A DNA stretch of 64,000 bases from NCBI GenBank assembly GCA_001443455.1, contig LDXO01000002.1:25865-89864 (forward strand). Reading direction: 5' to 3'. Of the stretch, positions 29,799 through 42,036 are shown in pieces. How positions within the stretch are numbered: the first letter of the stretch is position 1; every line of letters begins with the position of its first letter. Below the pieces are notes generated by a model. It did not search any database, was not told the DNA's origin, and was given only the letters and a program-made list of their open reading frames with translations. The DNA is from Deltaproteobacteria bacterium CSP1-8 (GTDB taxonomy: Bacteria; Desulfobacterota; Deferrimicrobia; Deferrimicrobiales; Deferrimicrobiaceae). A program made the position numbers and the translations under genes.

Positions 29799-30944
29799 TC
29801 AGTGTCCCCGGATCAGGCGCCGGGCGATGATCATGCGCTGCACCTCCGAGGTCCCTTCGCCGATCTCGCAGAGCTTTGCGTCCCGCATGGTCCGCTCCAC
29901 GGGGTACTCGCGGGTGTATCCGTAGCCCCCGAAGATCTGGACGGCCTTGATCGTGCAGCGCATGGCAGCCTCGGAGGCGAACAGCTTCGCGATCGCCGCC
30001 TCCTGGACGAACGGCTTCCCTGCGTCTTTCAGGCAGGCGGCGCGGAACGTGAGCAGCGAGGCGGCGTCGAGCTCCGTTCCCGCGTCCGCGATCATCCACT
30101 GGATGGACTGGAAGGACGAAATCGCCTGTCCGAACTGGTGCCTCTCCTTCGCGTAGGCGATGGCCTCCTCCATGGCTCCCCGCCCGATGCCGACCGCCAG
30201 GGCCGCGATGGAGATGCGCCCCCCTGCGAGGTTGCGCATCGTGTCGCGAAAACCCGAGTTGACCTCCCCGATCACGCTTCCCGGCTTCACCTCGAGGTCC
30301 TCGAACACCAGCTCCGCCGTGTCGGAGGAACGCATCCCGAGCTTGTGGAGGTTTTTCCCCGAGGAAAGGCCGGGCGTCCCGGCCTCGACCAAAAAAGCCG
30401 TTACGCCGTCCCTTCCCTTCTCCTTGTCGGTCACGGCGAGGATGACAACCACCCCCGCGACGCTTCCCTGCGTGATGAACATCTTGCTCCCGTTGATGAC
30501 CCAGCGGTCTTTCTTCCACTCCGCCCGGGTCCTCATGTTGAGCGAGTCCGACCCCGACCCGGGCTCGGTAAGGGCCCACGCTCCGAGCATCCGCCCCGAG
30601 GCGAGTTCCGGGAGGTATTTCCGCCGGATCGCCTCGGAACCGAACGCGAGGATGTGCGCGGTGCACAAGGAGTTGTGGGAGGCGACGGTCAGGCCGAGCG
30701 AGCCGTCCCCTTTCCCTATTTCCTCCACCGCGATCGAGTAGCTGATCGTGTCCATCCCGGACCCGCCGTACTCCTCCGGGACCATCACGCCCATGAGCCC
30801 GAGCTCCCCCATCCTCGCCACGGTATCCGCGGGGAAGGCGCTCTCCTCGTCCCACCTCCGGGCGTGCGGGCGCACCTCCTTGGCGACGAAGGACCGTACC
30901 ATGTCCCGCAGTGCGACATGCTCGGGAGAGAGCTCGAAATTCAT
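29799..30944 (-). CDS. acyl-CoA dehydrogenase (copy 1)
   Basis: 381 aa with '[12 protein letters not shown]', '[33 protein letters not shown]'. Confidence 0.9.
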   Translation of the reverse strand: MNFELSPEHVALRDMVRSFVAKEVRPHARRWDEESAFPADTVARMGELGLMGVMVPEEYGGSGMDTISYSIAVEEIGKGDGSLGLTVASHNSLCTAHILAFGSEAIRRKYLPELASGRMLGAWALTEPGSGSDSLNMRTRAEWKKDRWVINGSKMFITQGSVAGVVVILAVTDKEKGRDGVTAFLVEAGTPGLSSGKNLHKLGMRSSDTAELVFEDLEVKPGSVIGEVNSGFRDTMRNLAGGRISIAALAVGIGRGAMEEAIAYAKERHQFGQAISSFQSIQWMIADAGTELDAASLLTFRAACLKDAGKPFVQEAAIAKLFASEAAMRCTIKAVQIFGGYGYTREYPVERTMRDAKLCEIGEGTSEVQRMIIARRLIRGH

Positions 30945-30958
30945 TCCGTATCCCTCCC

Positions 30959-31516
30959 TTACGCAGGGACGAAGTACACGTCCGTCGGCTTGAGCTGGGA
31001 GTTCCTCCGGAATTTCGCCTTCACCTTCATCCCGATGCGGATGTCCTGGGGGGCGGAAACGCCGATCAGCCGGGCGAGGAGCAGGGTATCCGCACCGTCG
31101 AACTCGACGAGGATCAGGTGGAAGGGGGTTTCCTTCAGGAACTCCTCGCTGCCGAAGTAGCACGTGGTGAAGGTGTGGACGCGGCCCTCCTGGGGAAGCT
31201 CGACCCAGTCCGTTTCCTTGCCGCAGTTGGCGCAGTGAAGTCTCGGGGTCGCGTAGGTGTACCGGCAGTGGCCACAGCGGGTCCCGAGGAGTTTCTTGTT
31301 GGCAAGGCCGGCGAAAAACGGGGAGTCCTGCCCGTAGGAGTGGAGGTACTCGATGGAATAGGGGTGCTTGATCACGAGGGGGGACATCTCTTTGAGCGAG
31401 GAAAGGTCCTTCGGAAAGGGGACGTTGAATGCCGTGGTTCCCGTCATGACCTCTTCGAGCTTCGCATTCCGGTCGACCACCGGCGTTTTTGTCGCACGGG
31501 ATCTCTTCTTCGCCAT
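30959..31516 (-). CDS. Zn-ribbon / OB-fold DUF35 protein (thiolase partner, BbsA-like)
   Basis: '[19 protein letters not shown]' rubredoxin-like ribbon plus an OB fold. It lies 3 nt downstream of the SCPx-type thiolase. Confidence 0.85.
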   Translation of the reverse strand: MAKKRSRATKTPVVDRNAKLEEVMTGTTAFNVPFPKDLSSLKEMSPLVIKHPYSIEYLHSYGQDSPFFAGLANKKLLGTRCGHCRYTYATPRLHCANCGKETDWVELPQEGRVHTFTTCYFGSEEFLKETPFHLILVEFDGADTLLLARLIGVSAPQDIRIGMKVKAKFRRNSQLKPTDVYFVPA

Positions 31517-31519
31517 GGG

Positions 31520-32806
31520 TTACCACCCCCGTTCCAGGATCGACACGGTGACGTAGGTGCCCGTGCCGGCGTGACTGTGGATGAGACCGCGGTCCGCTTT
31601 GTCAAGCTGCAGCTCCCCCGACCCGAAATGTTTCCTGATGCTTCGCTGGATCTGCCAGAAGGCGAACACCGCCTGCATCAGGCCGGTCGCGCCGACGGGG
31701 TGCCCGCAGGCGATCAGCCCCCCCGAAGGGTTGACCGGGATCGTCCCTTTCTTCTTCAGCTTCAGTCCGTAGTCGATCTGCGGCAGGAAGGGATGACCCT
31801 CCTCGACGAACTTTCCGCCCTCCCCGTATTTGCAAAGGGCCAAATCCTCGTAGGTCTGGATCTCCGACGAGGTGTAGGCGTCGTGCAGTTCGACGAAGTC
31901 GAGTTCCTTGATCGGATCCTTGATCCCCGCCATCCGGTAGGCCTGCAGCCCGGCGGACCTTCCCGCCCGGAAGGAGTGTACGCCGGGGTACCGGAGGTTC
32001 CGGTAGTCGCTCTCCTTCTCGCCCGGCGCCAGGATCACCTTGCCGTGAGGCCGGTCGGCGAAACGCATGAAGTCCGTCCCGGTCCCCACCCCGGAGATCC
32101 TGACGGGCTTGTCCGTGAGTCGGAAGGCGGTATCCTCGTCCGCCAGGATGCAGACCGCCGCGCCGTCCGACATGACGCAGATGTCGAGGAGGGTCAAGGG
32201 GTAGGCCACCATTTCAGCGTTGCGCACGTCCTCGATCGTGAGCTTCCGCCGCTTCTGGGCATACGGGTTGTAACAGGCGTTCATGTGGTTCTTCACCGAC
32301 ACCATCGCCATCTGCTCGACCGTGGTCCCGAACTCGTGGATGTGCCGGTTCACCATCATGGCGTAGTACCCGGAGTAGAACCCCCCGACGGGGTAGTCGA
32401 AGTTCGTGTCCGAGGCGTGGGCGATGAACTCGTTTCCCTTCCATGTCTGGACGCGCGACATCGTCTCGAACCCGAAGACCACGCAGCAGTTCATCCTGCC
32501 GGAGGCCACGGCTTCCCAGCCCGCCTGGAAGGACAGCCCCCCCGTGGCTCCCCCGCCCTCCACGCGCTTGTTCGGTTTGGGACAGAGGCCGAGATAATCG
32601 GCGGCCATGATCCCCGCCATCAGCTGGCGGGTGAAGTGGTCCGAGAAATAGGACGCCACCGAACCGTCGATCATCTCCCGCTTTAGTTTCGGAATATCGT
32701 GGAACGCGTAGTCGAACGCCTCCTTGACCATCTTCTGGAACGTCGCGTCCGGTCGCGCCTTGACGAACTTGCTGACCCCTCCCGACACCATGTAGACCGG
32801 TCTCAC
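31520..32806 (-). CDS. SCPx/non-specific lipid-transfer-type thiolase (BbsB-like)
   Basis: 428 aa with a thiolase fold ('GGATGG', '[14 protein letters not shown]'), paired with DUF35. Confidence 0.85.
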   Translation of the reverse strand: MRPVYMVSGGVSKFVKARPDATFQKMVKEAFDYAFHDIPKLKREMIDGSVASYFSDHFTRQLMAGIMAADYLGLCPKPNKRVEGGGATGGLSFQAGWEAVASGRMNCCVVFGFETMSRVQTWKGNEFIAHASDTNFDYPVGGFYSGYYAMMVNRHIHEFGTTVEQMAMVSVKNHMNACYNPYAQKRRKLTIEDVRNAEMVAYPLTLLDICVMSDGAAVCILADEDTAFRLTDKPVRISGVGTGTDFMRFADRPHGKVILAPGEKESDYRNLRYPGVHSFRAGRSAGLQAYRMAGIKDPIKELDFVELHDAYTSSEIQTYEDLALCKYGEGGKFVEEGHPFLPQIDYGLKLKKKGTIPVNPSGGLIACGHPVGATGLMQAVFAFWQIQRSIRKHFGSGELQLDKADRGLIHSHAGTGTYVTVSILERGW

Positions 32807-32853
32807 GTCCTCCCTCCTGCGTTGGAGTGGTATTCGTTCCGGCAGACCGCCCG

Positions 32854-33303
32854 CTACGCTCTGGCCCGGATGCGCTTGTTGACGTATTCGACGATTTCCG
32901 ACAAGGAGGTGCCCGGCGTGAAGATCCGGTCCACTCCCTTTTTCCGGAGGCCGGGGATGTCGCCGTCCGGGATGATCCCGCCGCCGAACACCACGACGTT
33001 CCCCATCTTCTTCCCTTTCAGAAGCTCCACGACCTTCGGAAAAAGATAATTGTGCGCGCCCGACAGGATCGACAGGCCGATCGCGTCCACGTCCTCCTGC
33101 ACGGCGGCGTTCACGATCATCTCCGGTGTCTGGTGGAGCCCCGTGTAGATGACCTCGAAACCCGCGTCCCGCAATGCCCGCGCGATGATCTTCGCCCCCC
33201 GGTCGTGGCCATCGAGCCCCGGCTTTCCGACCAGGACCCGGACCTTCCGGTCCCCCTTCCTCCTTCTTCCCTCCGATCTCTCTTTGGCCCGTGCCCTTGC
33301 CAT
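32854..33303 (-). CDS. acyl-CoA mutase small subunit (B12-binding domain)
   Basis: '[22 protein letters not shown]...[12 protein letters not shown]' has the DxHxxG cobalamin motif. Confidence 0.88.
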   Translation of the reverse strand: MARARAKERSEGRRRKGDRKVRVLVGKPGLDGHDRGAKIIARALRDAGFEVIYTGLHQTPEMIVNAAVQEDVDAIGLSILSGAHNYLFPKVVELLKGKKMGNVVVFGGGIIPDGDIPGLRKKGVDRIFTPGTSLSEIVEYVNKRIRARA

Positions 33304-33325
33304 GTCCTGTCCCCCCTGTTGCGTT

Positions 33326-35025
<1,700 letters not shown>

Positions 35026-35029
<4 letters not shown>

Positions 35030-35565
35030 CGCTCGACGCCGACGCGGGCGTCGATTCCCCTGGCGTAGTAATGCTTGATCTCCCTCATTTCCGTCACCAG
35101 GTCGGCGACCGCAACGATCTCTTCATGGGCGCCGCGACCGGTCAGCACGATCTCCATCCCGTCCGGTTTTTTGCGTAGCAGGTCGAGGACCTCCGCGACG
35201 GGGAGCAACCCGAAGTCGACGGCGCAGTTGATCTCGTCGAGCACGACGATGTCCGCCTTCCCGCCAAGGATCGTCTCCTTCGCCAACTCCCATCCGCCGC
35301 GGGCGAGGCGAAGGTCCTCGGGGTCGGGATTCTTCCGGTTCACGAAGGTGTCCCTCCCCGCCTGGTGGATCGTAACGAAGGGGGAGAGCATTGCCGCACC
35401 GGCAAGCTCTCCGTAGTCGATCCACCCCTTCATGAACTGGATGATCACGGTTCTCAGGCCGTGCCCCGCCGCCCGCACGGCCAGCCCCAGGGAGGCCGTG
35501 GTCTTCCCCTTCCCGTTTCCGGTGTACACCTGGATGTATCCCTTGCCTATGGTTCCCCCGGTCAT
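35026..35565 (-). CDS. cobO: cob(I)alamin adenosyltransferase, CobO/BtuR type
   Basis: '[26 protein letters not shown]...VVLDEI'. ATGA overlaps on both sides. Confidence 0.88.
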
Positions 35566-36707
35566 CGGCGTCCCTGCCCCAATAGGTTCCGTGCGATGAT
35601 GATCCGCTGGATCTCGGAGGTCCCCTCGTAGATCGAGGTCACCTTGATATCCCGCAGATGCCGCTCCACCGGATATTCCCGGATGTACCCGTACCCGCCG
35701 AAGATCTGGACAGACCTGTGGCAGGCCCGGTACGCCGCCTCGGAGGCGAAGACCTTCGCGACAGACGCCTCCCGGGTGAAGGGAGCGCCCGCGTCCTTGC
35801 GATAGGCGGCCCGCAGGGCGAGGAGTTCGGCAGCGTCCAGTTCCGTCGCGGAATCGGCAAGCATCCCCTGGATCGCCTGGAACGAGGCAATGGGCTCGCC
35901 GAACTGCCTCCTCTCCCTGGCATAGGAAGTCGCCGCATCGAGCGCCGCCCGGGCGATCCCGACCGACTGCGAGGCGATCCCGATCCGTCCCCCGTCCAGG
36001 ATGGTCATGGCGATGGGAAACCCCTCCCCCTCTGCGCCCAGCAGGTTCCGCTTCGGGACCCGGCAGTCGCCGAAGGAAAGGGAGACGGTGTCGGACCCCT
36101 TCAAACCCATCTTGTGCTCCGGCTTCCCGACGGAAAACCCCGGCATCCCGGGCAAGACGAGAAAGGCGCTGATCCGTTTCTTCGGTTCCTTCTCCGTAAC
36201 GGCCATGACGATGGTGACGCCGGCGCGGGAACCGTTGGTAATGAACACCTTGCTGCCGTTCAGAACGTACGCATCCCCGTCCCGTAGTGCGACGGTCGAG
36301 ATCCCGAAGGCGTCCGACCCCGCCGAAGGTTCGGTGAGCGCGAACGCTCCGGTCACGGTGCCGGAGGCAAGGGCCGGGAGGAACCGGCTTCTCTGCTCCT
36401 CGCTCCCGAAGCGGTGGATCCCTTCCCCCACCATGTTGGTGACCGCCATCCCCACGGCGGTGGAAGCGCATCCCCCCGCAACCTCCGCGAGAGCGATCGC
36501 GTAGGCGACCGTTCCGGTTTCCGATCCCCCGTGCGACGCCGGGACCAGCATCCCGAGGAGGCCGAGTTCCGCCAGTCGTTTCAGGTTTTCTTCCGGGTAG
36601 CGCCCCTCCTCATCGATCTGTGCGGCCTTCGGCGCGAATTCCTTCCGCGCCAGGGACCGGACCATGTCCCGGATCTGCGCCTGTTCCTCGCTTGCCTCGA
36701 ACCGCAA
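35562..36707 (-). CDS. acyl-CoA dehydrogenase (copy 2)
   Basis: Probable TTG start giving (M)RFEASEEQ, preceded by GAAGGA. 'FALTEPSAGSD', 'FGGYGYIREYPVERHLRDIKVTSIYEGTSEIQR'. Confidence 0.87.
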   Translation of the reverse strand: MRFEASEEQAQIRDMVRSLARKEFAPKAAQIDEEGRYPEENLKRLAELGLLGMLVPASHGGSETGTVAYAIALAEVAGGCASTAVGMAVTNMVGEGIHRFGSEEQRSRFLPALASGTVTGAFALTEPSAGSDAFGISTVALRDGDAYVLNGSKVFITNGSRAGVTIVMAVTEKEPKKRISAFLVLPGMPGFSVGKPEHKMGLKGSDTVSLSFGDCRVPKRNLLGAEGEGFPIAMTILDGGRIGIASQSVGIARAALDAATSYARERRQFGEPIASFQAIQGMLADSATELDAAELLALRAAYRKDAGAPFTREASVAKVFASEAAYRACHRSVQIFGGYGYIREYPVERHLRDIKVTSIYEGTSEIQRIIIARNLLGQGRR

Positions 36708-36712
36708 TGGCT

Positions 36713-37855
36713 TTAGTCCTTCAAGAGAGCCGAGGCGATCACCAGCCGCTGGATTTCCGATGTCCCCTCGTAGATCTCGGTGATTTTCGCGTCGCGGAAA
36801 TGCCGCTCCGCCGGATATTCCTTGATGTAGCCGTACCCGCCGTGGATCTGGATCCCCTTCACGCTCGCCCGCATCGCGGCCTCGGAGGCGTACAGTTTCG
36901 CCATGGACGATTCCTTCGAGTGCCGGACGTTCCGGTCTTTGAGCCAGGCCGCCCGGTAGGTGAGAAGCCTCGCGGCGTCGATCTCCGTGGCCATGTCGGC
37001 AAGCATCCACTGGATCGCCTGGAAATTCGCGATCGGCTGCCCGAACTGCTTCCGTTCCTTGGCGTACGCGAGGGCGTCCTCGAGCGATGCCCGGGCGATC
37101 CCGATCGCCTGGGACGCGATCCCGATCCTGCCCCCGTCCAGGGTGTGCATGGCGACCTTGAACCCGTCCCCCTCGTTGGCCAGACGGTTCTCCACGGGGA
37201 TCCTCACGTCCTCCAGGATGATGGACGCTGTGGCCGACGCCGTGATGCCCATTTTTTTTTCATTTTTTCCAACTGTTACCCCATCAGTTTTCATGTCTAG
37301 GATGAAGGAGGTGATTCCTTTGTGCTTTTTCTCCTTGTCGGTCATGGTGAACAGGATGCAGGTGTCCGCCTGGGGTGCGTTCGTGATGAAGTTCTTGGTT
37401 CCGTTGACCACGTAATGGTCCCCGTTCCGGACGGCCGTCGTCTTCTGGGAGCCCGCGTCCGAACCCGCCCCCGGTTCCGTGAGTCCGAAGCATCCGAGGT
37501 GCCGGCCGGATGCGAGGGGGACGAGAACCTTCTTTTTCTGCTCCTCGCTCCCGAACTTCAGGATGGGGTCGCATGCGAGGGAATTGTTCACCGACAGGAT
37601 GACGGCGGTGGACGCGCACGCTCGAGAGATCTCCTCCATCGCGATCGCGTAACAGATGTTGTCCATTCCCGCGCCCCCGTACCCCTCGGGGACGGCGACT
37701 CCCATCAGCCCAAGTTCGGCCATCTGACGGACCAGTTCTTCCGGGAAACGCCCGGTCTCGTCGAGCTCCGCGGCCTTCGGGAGCACTTCCTTCTGGGCGA
37801 AGTTCCGCGTCATCTCCTGGATCATTCGCTGCTCTTCGGTAAGGTCGAAAACCAT
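36713..37855 (-). CDS. acyl-CoA dehydrogenase (copy 3, butyryl-CoA dehydrogenase-like)
   Basis: 'MVFDLTEEQRMIQEM...', 'FGLTEPGAGSD', 'HGGYGYIKEYPAERHFRDAKITEIYEGTSEIQR'. Confidence 0.92.
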   Translation of the reverse strand: MVFDLTEEQRMIQEMTRNFAQKEVLPKAAELDETGRFPEELVRQMAELGLMGVAVPEGYGGAGMDNICYAIAMEEISRACASTAVILSVNNSLACDPILKFGSEEQKKKVLVPLASGRHLGCFGLTEPGAGSDAGSQKTTAVRNGDHYVVNGTKNFITNAPQADTCILFTMTDKEKKHKGITSFILDMKTDGVTVGKNEKKMGITASATASIILEDVRIPVENRLANEGDGFKVAMHTLDGGRIGIASQAIGIARASLEDALAYAKERKQFGQPIANFQAIQWMLADMATEIDAARLLTYRAAWLKDRNVRHSKESSMAKLYASEAAMRASVKGIQIHGGYGYIKEYPAERHFRDAKITEIYEGTSEIQRLVIASALLKD

Positions 37856-37895
37856 ATCCCTCTCTCCTGGGACTATCGATCGTCGGCGTAGGGAT

Positions 37896-38678
37896 CTATC
37901 TCCCCCGGAACGAAGCCTTCCTCTTTTCGAGAAAGGCGGCCATCCCCTCCCCCCTGTCCTCGGTCGAGAATACCACCGCGAACGCGTTCGCCTCGAGCGC
38001 GCAGGCATTTCCGAGGTCGAGGTCCAGGCCGCGGTTCATCGCCATCTTCGCCATCTTCACGGCGACCGGCCCCTTGGAAAGGATCTTCGAGGCGATCTCC
38101 CGCGCCGCGGCCATGAGGTCCGCCGGGGGGACGACCCGGTTGACGATCCCGATCTCATACGCTCGTTGGGCCGAAATCATCTCCCCGGTCAGGACAAGTT
38201 CCTTCGCGAGGTTCCGCCCGACCAGCCGGGCAAGGCGCTGGGTCCCTCCGTACCCCGGGATGATCCCCAGGTTCACCTCGGGCTGGCCGAGCCGCGCGTT
38301 GTCGGCGGCGACGAGGATGTCGCATGCCATCGCGAGTTCGCATCCCCCTCCCAGGGCGTACCCGTTGATGACCCCGATGACCGGCTGGGGCATCCGCTCC
38401 ATGAATTCGAGGACCCCCTGCCCGAAGAGGGCGAAGGAAAGCGCCTGGACGGGGGAAAAATCGCGCATCTCGGTGATGTCCGCCCCGGCCACGAACGCCT
38501 TTTCCCCGGCGCCGGTGAGCAGCACCACCCCCACGTCGTCACGAAGCGCGATCTCGTGGAGGACGGCGGAAAGCTCCGTAACCGTCGCCCGGTTCAGGGC
38601 GTTCAGCGATTTCGGCCGGTTGATGGTGACGGTGGCGATCATATCGGAAACGTCAAGAAGCAGGTTTTCGTAGGCCAT
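37896..38678 (-). CDS. crt: enoyl-CoA hydratase (crotonase)
   Basis: 'ATVTINRPKSLNALN', 'AFVAGADITEM', 'GYALGGGCELAMACD'. Confidence 0.92.
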   Translation of the reverse strand: MAYENLLLDVSDMIATVTINRPKSLNALNRATVTELSAVLHEIALRDDVGVVLLTGAGEKAFVAGADITEMRDFSPVQALSFALFGQGVLEFMERMPQPVIGVINGYALGGGCELAMACDILVAADNARLGQPEVNLGIIPGYGGTQRLARLVGRNLAKELVLTGEMISAQRAYEIGIVNRVVPPADLMAAAREIASKILSKGPVAVKMAKMAMNRGLDLDLGNACALEANAFAVVFSTEDRGEGMAAFLEKRKASFRGR

Positions 38679-38689
38679 CTTCCCTCCTC

Positions 38690-39547
38690 TCATCCCTTCT
38701 CGTACGTGTAGAAGCCCCGCCCCGTCTTCTTCCCGAGAAAGCCGGCCTCCACATACTTCCGGAGGAGCGGGCACGGGCGGTATTTCGGGTCACCGAATCC
38801 CTCCTGCATCACCTTCATGACTTCCAGGCAGGTGTCCAGCCCGATGAGGTCGGCCAGGGCGAGCGGACCCATCGGGTGGTTCGCCCCCATCCGCATGATG
38901 GCGTCGATGTCCTCGGCTTTCCCTACCCCCTCCATCAGGGCGTAGACGGCTTCATTGATCATCGGCATGAGAACCCGGTTGGCGATGAACCCGGGGTAGT
39001 CGTTGGCCGGGACGGGCTCCTTTCCGAGCCGTCGGGCCAGATCCATGGTCAGGTCGAAGGTGCCGGGGGAGGTCTGGAGCCCCTTTATGATCTCGACCAG
39101 CCTCATGAGAGGGACCGGGTTCATGAAGTGCATCCCGATGACCCTGCCGGGTCGCGACGTCGCGGAGGCGATCCGGGTGATGGAAAGGGAGGAGGTGTTC
39201 GTGGAGAGGACCTTTTCCGCGGGAACGATTTCGTCGAGCTTCCGGAAGAGGGATAGCTTCAGCTCCTCCCGTTCCGTGGCCGCCTCCACGACGAATTCAC
39301 ACGCGGAAAAGTCGGAAAGGTTCGTGGTCATGCGAAGGCGTCCCGCCATCCTCTCCTTGTCCCCGGCGGTGATCTTCTCCTTCCGGACGAGGGTGTCGAG
39401 CCCCTTCTCGATTGCTGTCCGGGACTTCCGGAGGATCTCGTCGGACACGTCATTCAGCAGAACCTGAAACCCGCTCATCAGGGAGACCTGGGCGATTCCG
39501 CTTCCCATTTGTCCCCCGCCGACCACGCCGATGTTCCGGATTTCCAT
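38690..39547 (-). CDS. hbd: 3-hydroxybutyryl-CoA dehydrogenase
   Basis: 'IGVVGGGQMGSGIAQV', 'GMHFMNPVPLMRLVEII', 'PGFIANRVLMPMINEA'. Confidence 0.92.
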   Translation of the reverse strand: MEIRNIGVVGGGQMGSGIAQVSLMSGFQVLLNDVSDEILRKSRTAIEKGLDTLVRKEKITAGDKERMAGRLRMTTNLSDFSACEFVVEAATEREELKLSLFRKLDEIVPAEKVLSTNTSSLSITRIASATSRPGRVIGMHFMNPVPLMRLVEIIKGLQTSPGTFDLTMDLARRLGKEPVPANDYPGFIANRVLMPMINEAVYALMEGVGKAEDIDAIMRMGANHPMGPLALADLIGLDTCLEVMKVMQEGFGDPKYRPCPLLRKYVEAGFLGKKTGRGFYTYEKG

Positions 39548-39582
39548 GTCGTCACTCCTTCGGAAGGTACCCGGTTTCCCGG

Positions 39583-40761
39583 TCACAGCCGTTCGACCAG
39601 CATCGCGACGGCCTCCCCGCCGCCGATGCAGAGGGACGCGATGCCGTACCGTTCTCCCCGGTCCACCATGGCGTAGAGGAGGGTGGTCAGGATCTTGGCC
39701 CCGGACGCGCCGACCGGGTGTCCGAGGGCGACGGCCCCTCCGTGGACGTTGACCCGTTCCGGGTCGAGTTGGAGGCCACGTATCGCCGCGATCGCAACCG
39801 ACGAGAAGGCCTCGTTGATCTCGTAGAGCCCCACCTGGTCCTTTTCCACCCCCGTCTTCCGGAGAAGTTTCCGGATTGCGTCGATCGGGGCCACCGTGAA
39901 CCATACCGGCTCCAGGGAGGCCGTCGTGTACCCCAGGATCCTCGCGATCGGCTTGATGCCCCTCCTGCCGGCGGCTTCCGCCGACATCACGACGACGGCG
40001 GCAGCCCCGTCGTTGATGGTCGATGCGTTTCCCGCGGTGACCGTCCCTTCCTTCTCGAACACGGGTTTCAGCGAGGGGAACTTGTCGATATTCCCCCGGC
40101 CCGGCTCCTCGTCGACGCGAAAGACGACGGGGGGACCTTTCTTCTGGGGAATTTCCACCCCCACGACTTCCTTCTCGAACTTCCCGTCCCGGATCGCCGC
40201 AAGCGCCCGCCGGTAGGAGTTGGCGGCAAACTCGTCCTGGTCTTCCCTGGTGATGCAGTGCTCCCGGGAAAGCATCTCCGCGCAGTTGCCCATGTGGATT
40301 CCGTTGTACGCGTCGATCAGCCCGTCGATCATCATGTGGTCGTAGATGGTGTCGTTGCCGAGCCGGTAGCCGGTTCGCCCCCTCATCAAAATATACGGGG
40401 CCTGACTCATCGATTCCATCCCGCCCGCCACGACCACTTCGAATTCGTCCGTGGCGACGGCCTGGGCTGCGAGCATCACCGCCTTGAGGCCCGAGCCGCA
40501 CATCTTGTTGATGGTCATCGCCCCCGCGGAAACGGGGATCCCCGCAAAGATGCCCGCCTGCCGGGCAGGAGCCTGCCCGACCCCGGCCGGGAGAACGTTT
40601 CCCATGATGACCTGGTCCACCTCTTCCTTCTTGATTCCGCCCCGGGACACCGCCTCCGCAATGGCGACCGCCCCGAGCTTCGGCGCCGGGATGTCGGCAA
40701 GGCTCCCCAGGAAGCTCCCGGCGGCCGTCCTCGCCGCTCCCGTGATGACGACCTCTTTCAT
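39583..40761 (-). CDS. acetyl-CoA acetyltransferase (thiolase II)
   Basis: 'MKEVVITGAARTAAGSF', 'INKMCGSGLKAV', 'NVHGGAVALGHPVGASG', 'CIGGGEAVA'. Confidence 0.93.
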   Translation of the reverse strand: MKEVVITGAARTAAGSFLGSLADIPAPKLGAVAIAEAVSRGGIKKEEVDQVIMGNVLPAGVGQAPARQAGIFAGIPVSAGAMTINKMCGSGLKAVMLAAQAVATDEFEVVVAGGMESMSQAPYILMRGRTGYRLGNDTIYDHMMIDGLIDAYNGIHMGNCAEMLSREHCITREDQDEFAANSYRRALAAIRDGKFEKEVVGVEIPQKKGPPVVFRVDEEPGRGNIDKFPSLKPVFEKEGTVTAGNASTINDGAAAVVVMSAEAAGRRGIKPIARILGYTTASLEPVWFTVAPIDAIRKLLRKTGVEKDQVGLYEINEAFSSVAIAAIRGLQLDPERVNVHGGAVALGHPVGASGAKILTTLLYAMVDRGERYGIASLCIGGGEAVAMLVERL

Positions 40762-40793
40762 CGTTCTCTCCTTTGCTTTTGGTCCCGTTGCAT

Positions 40794-41198
40794 TCACGTT
40801 TCCTGCATCATCATCTTCCCGCGCAGGCGGGCCTGGTATTCGCGGATCTCGTTTTTCAGGGCGACCAATTGGCCGATCCGGTCGTCGATCTGGATCGCCC
40901 GCTCATCCAGGATCGCAAGCAGCTTCGGAATGACCTCCCGGTTGTTCCTCTGGGTGCGGTAGATTTTCTCGAGCTTGACCATCTCCGCGAGGGAAAGCCC
41001 GAGGACCTTGAGACGGTTGATGAATTTGAGCCGGCGGACGTCGTCGTCGGTGTAGACGCGTTTCCCGTTCTCGATCCTGCGGACGCTGTGCAGGAGTCCG
41101 ATCTCTTCGTAATACCGGATCGTCCTCTGGGAAAGGTTGACCATCCGGGCCAGCTCGCCGATGGAATAGTGGTCGTGCGTTTCCACGGAAGAGGTCAT
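40794..41198 (-). CDS. MerR-family transcriptional regulator (first gene of the acyl-CoA operon)
   Basis: 'YSIGELARMVNLSQRTIRYYEEIGLL' HTH plus a coiled-coil dimerisation helix. Confidence 0.85.
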   Translation of the reverse strand: MTSSVETHDHYSIGELARMVNLSQRTIRYYEEIGLLHSVRRIENGKRVYTDDDVRRLKFINRLKVLGLSLAEMVKLEKIYRTQRNNREVIPKLLAILDERAIQIDDRIGQLVALKNEIREYQARLRGKMMMQET

Positions 41199-41274
41199 CT
41201 TGCCACCTTACGTTAACTGGCAGAAGCCTATCGGAACAGCTCCCCTCTGTCAAGATATTTAGGGACTGCGGGAG

Positions 41275-42036
41275 TTATTTCCCGATCCGTTTCAACAGTT
41301 CCGCGGCGCGCTTCTTTTCCATCCGCTGCTCCGGGACGGCGTCAGACAGCGCGCTGTCGGGAAGGGCGGCCGCGGCCTCGAGCTCCTTCGTGGCCAGATC
41401 GTTCCGGCCGTCTTTCACGTACGCCTCCGCGAGGAAAAACCGGTTCCCGGCGTAATTCGGGAAGGCCTCCACGGCGCGCTTCCCGAACTCAATCGCCCTC
41501 CTGGTGCTTCCTCCGAGCAGCCCCGGCAGTTTCGTGTAGTACGCGCAGAAGAACCGGTCCGGACCGCGGTAAAAATATCCGGGGTCGATCGAGGCCGTCT
41601 TCTCGTTCAGCTTTTGCACCGCGCTGATTCCCCACAAATTGGAAACCGTCCCCCGGAGGTTGTTCTCCCGGGCGAGGTTCGCCGCCTCGAAGAAATATCC
41701 TCCCGGTTTTTCCGGGGCGACCTCAGACGCCCTTTTTCCATACTCTTTCCCCTTTCCGTAGTGGGAGAGGGCTTTCTCCTTGTCCGTCGCTTCGAGATTC
41801 TGCCCGACCCAGTAATGCAGGCGTGACAGACGCAGAAGGACTTCGTATTCGTGCGGCTTATCCTTCCGGAGCGCCTCGTACGCCTCGATCGCTTCGGCCG
41901 CTTTCCCGAGGTCTTCCCGGTCATTCCACAGTTGATCGGCCTTCTGCTCCATGTCGGTGCCCCGGGATACGGTCGGCATGGCTACGGCCACAAGGAACGT
42001 CATCAACAGCATGGAGCCCGACCATGCTTTTCTCAT
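41275..42036 (-). CDS. secreted TPR protein, TRAP-T TatT-component-like
   Basis: Signal peptide 'MRKAWSGSMLLMTFLVAVAMPTVS' followed by TPR-like helices. ATGA overlap with the upstream HgdB-like gene. Confidence 0.55.
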   Translation of the reverse strand: MRKAWSGSMLLMTFLVAVAMPTVSRGTDMEQKADQLWNDREDLGKAAEAIEAYEALRKDKPHEYEVLLRLSRLHYWVGQNLEATDKEKALSHYGKGKEYGKRASEVAPEKPGGYFFEAANLARENNLRGTVSNLWGISAVQKLNEKTASIDPGYFYRGPDRFFCAYYTKLPGLLGGSTRRAIEFGKRAVEAFPNYAGNRFFLAEAYVKDGRNDLATKELEAAAALPDSALSDAVPEQRMEKKRAAELLKRIGK

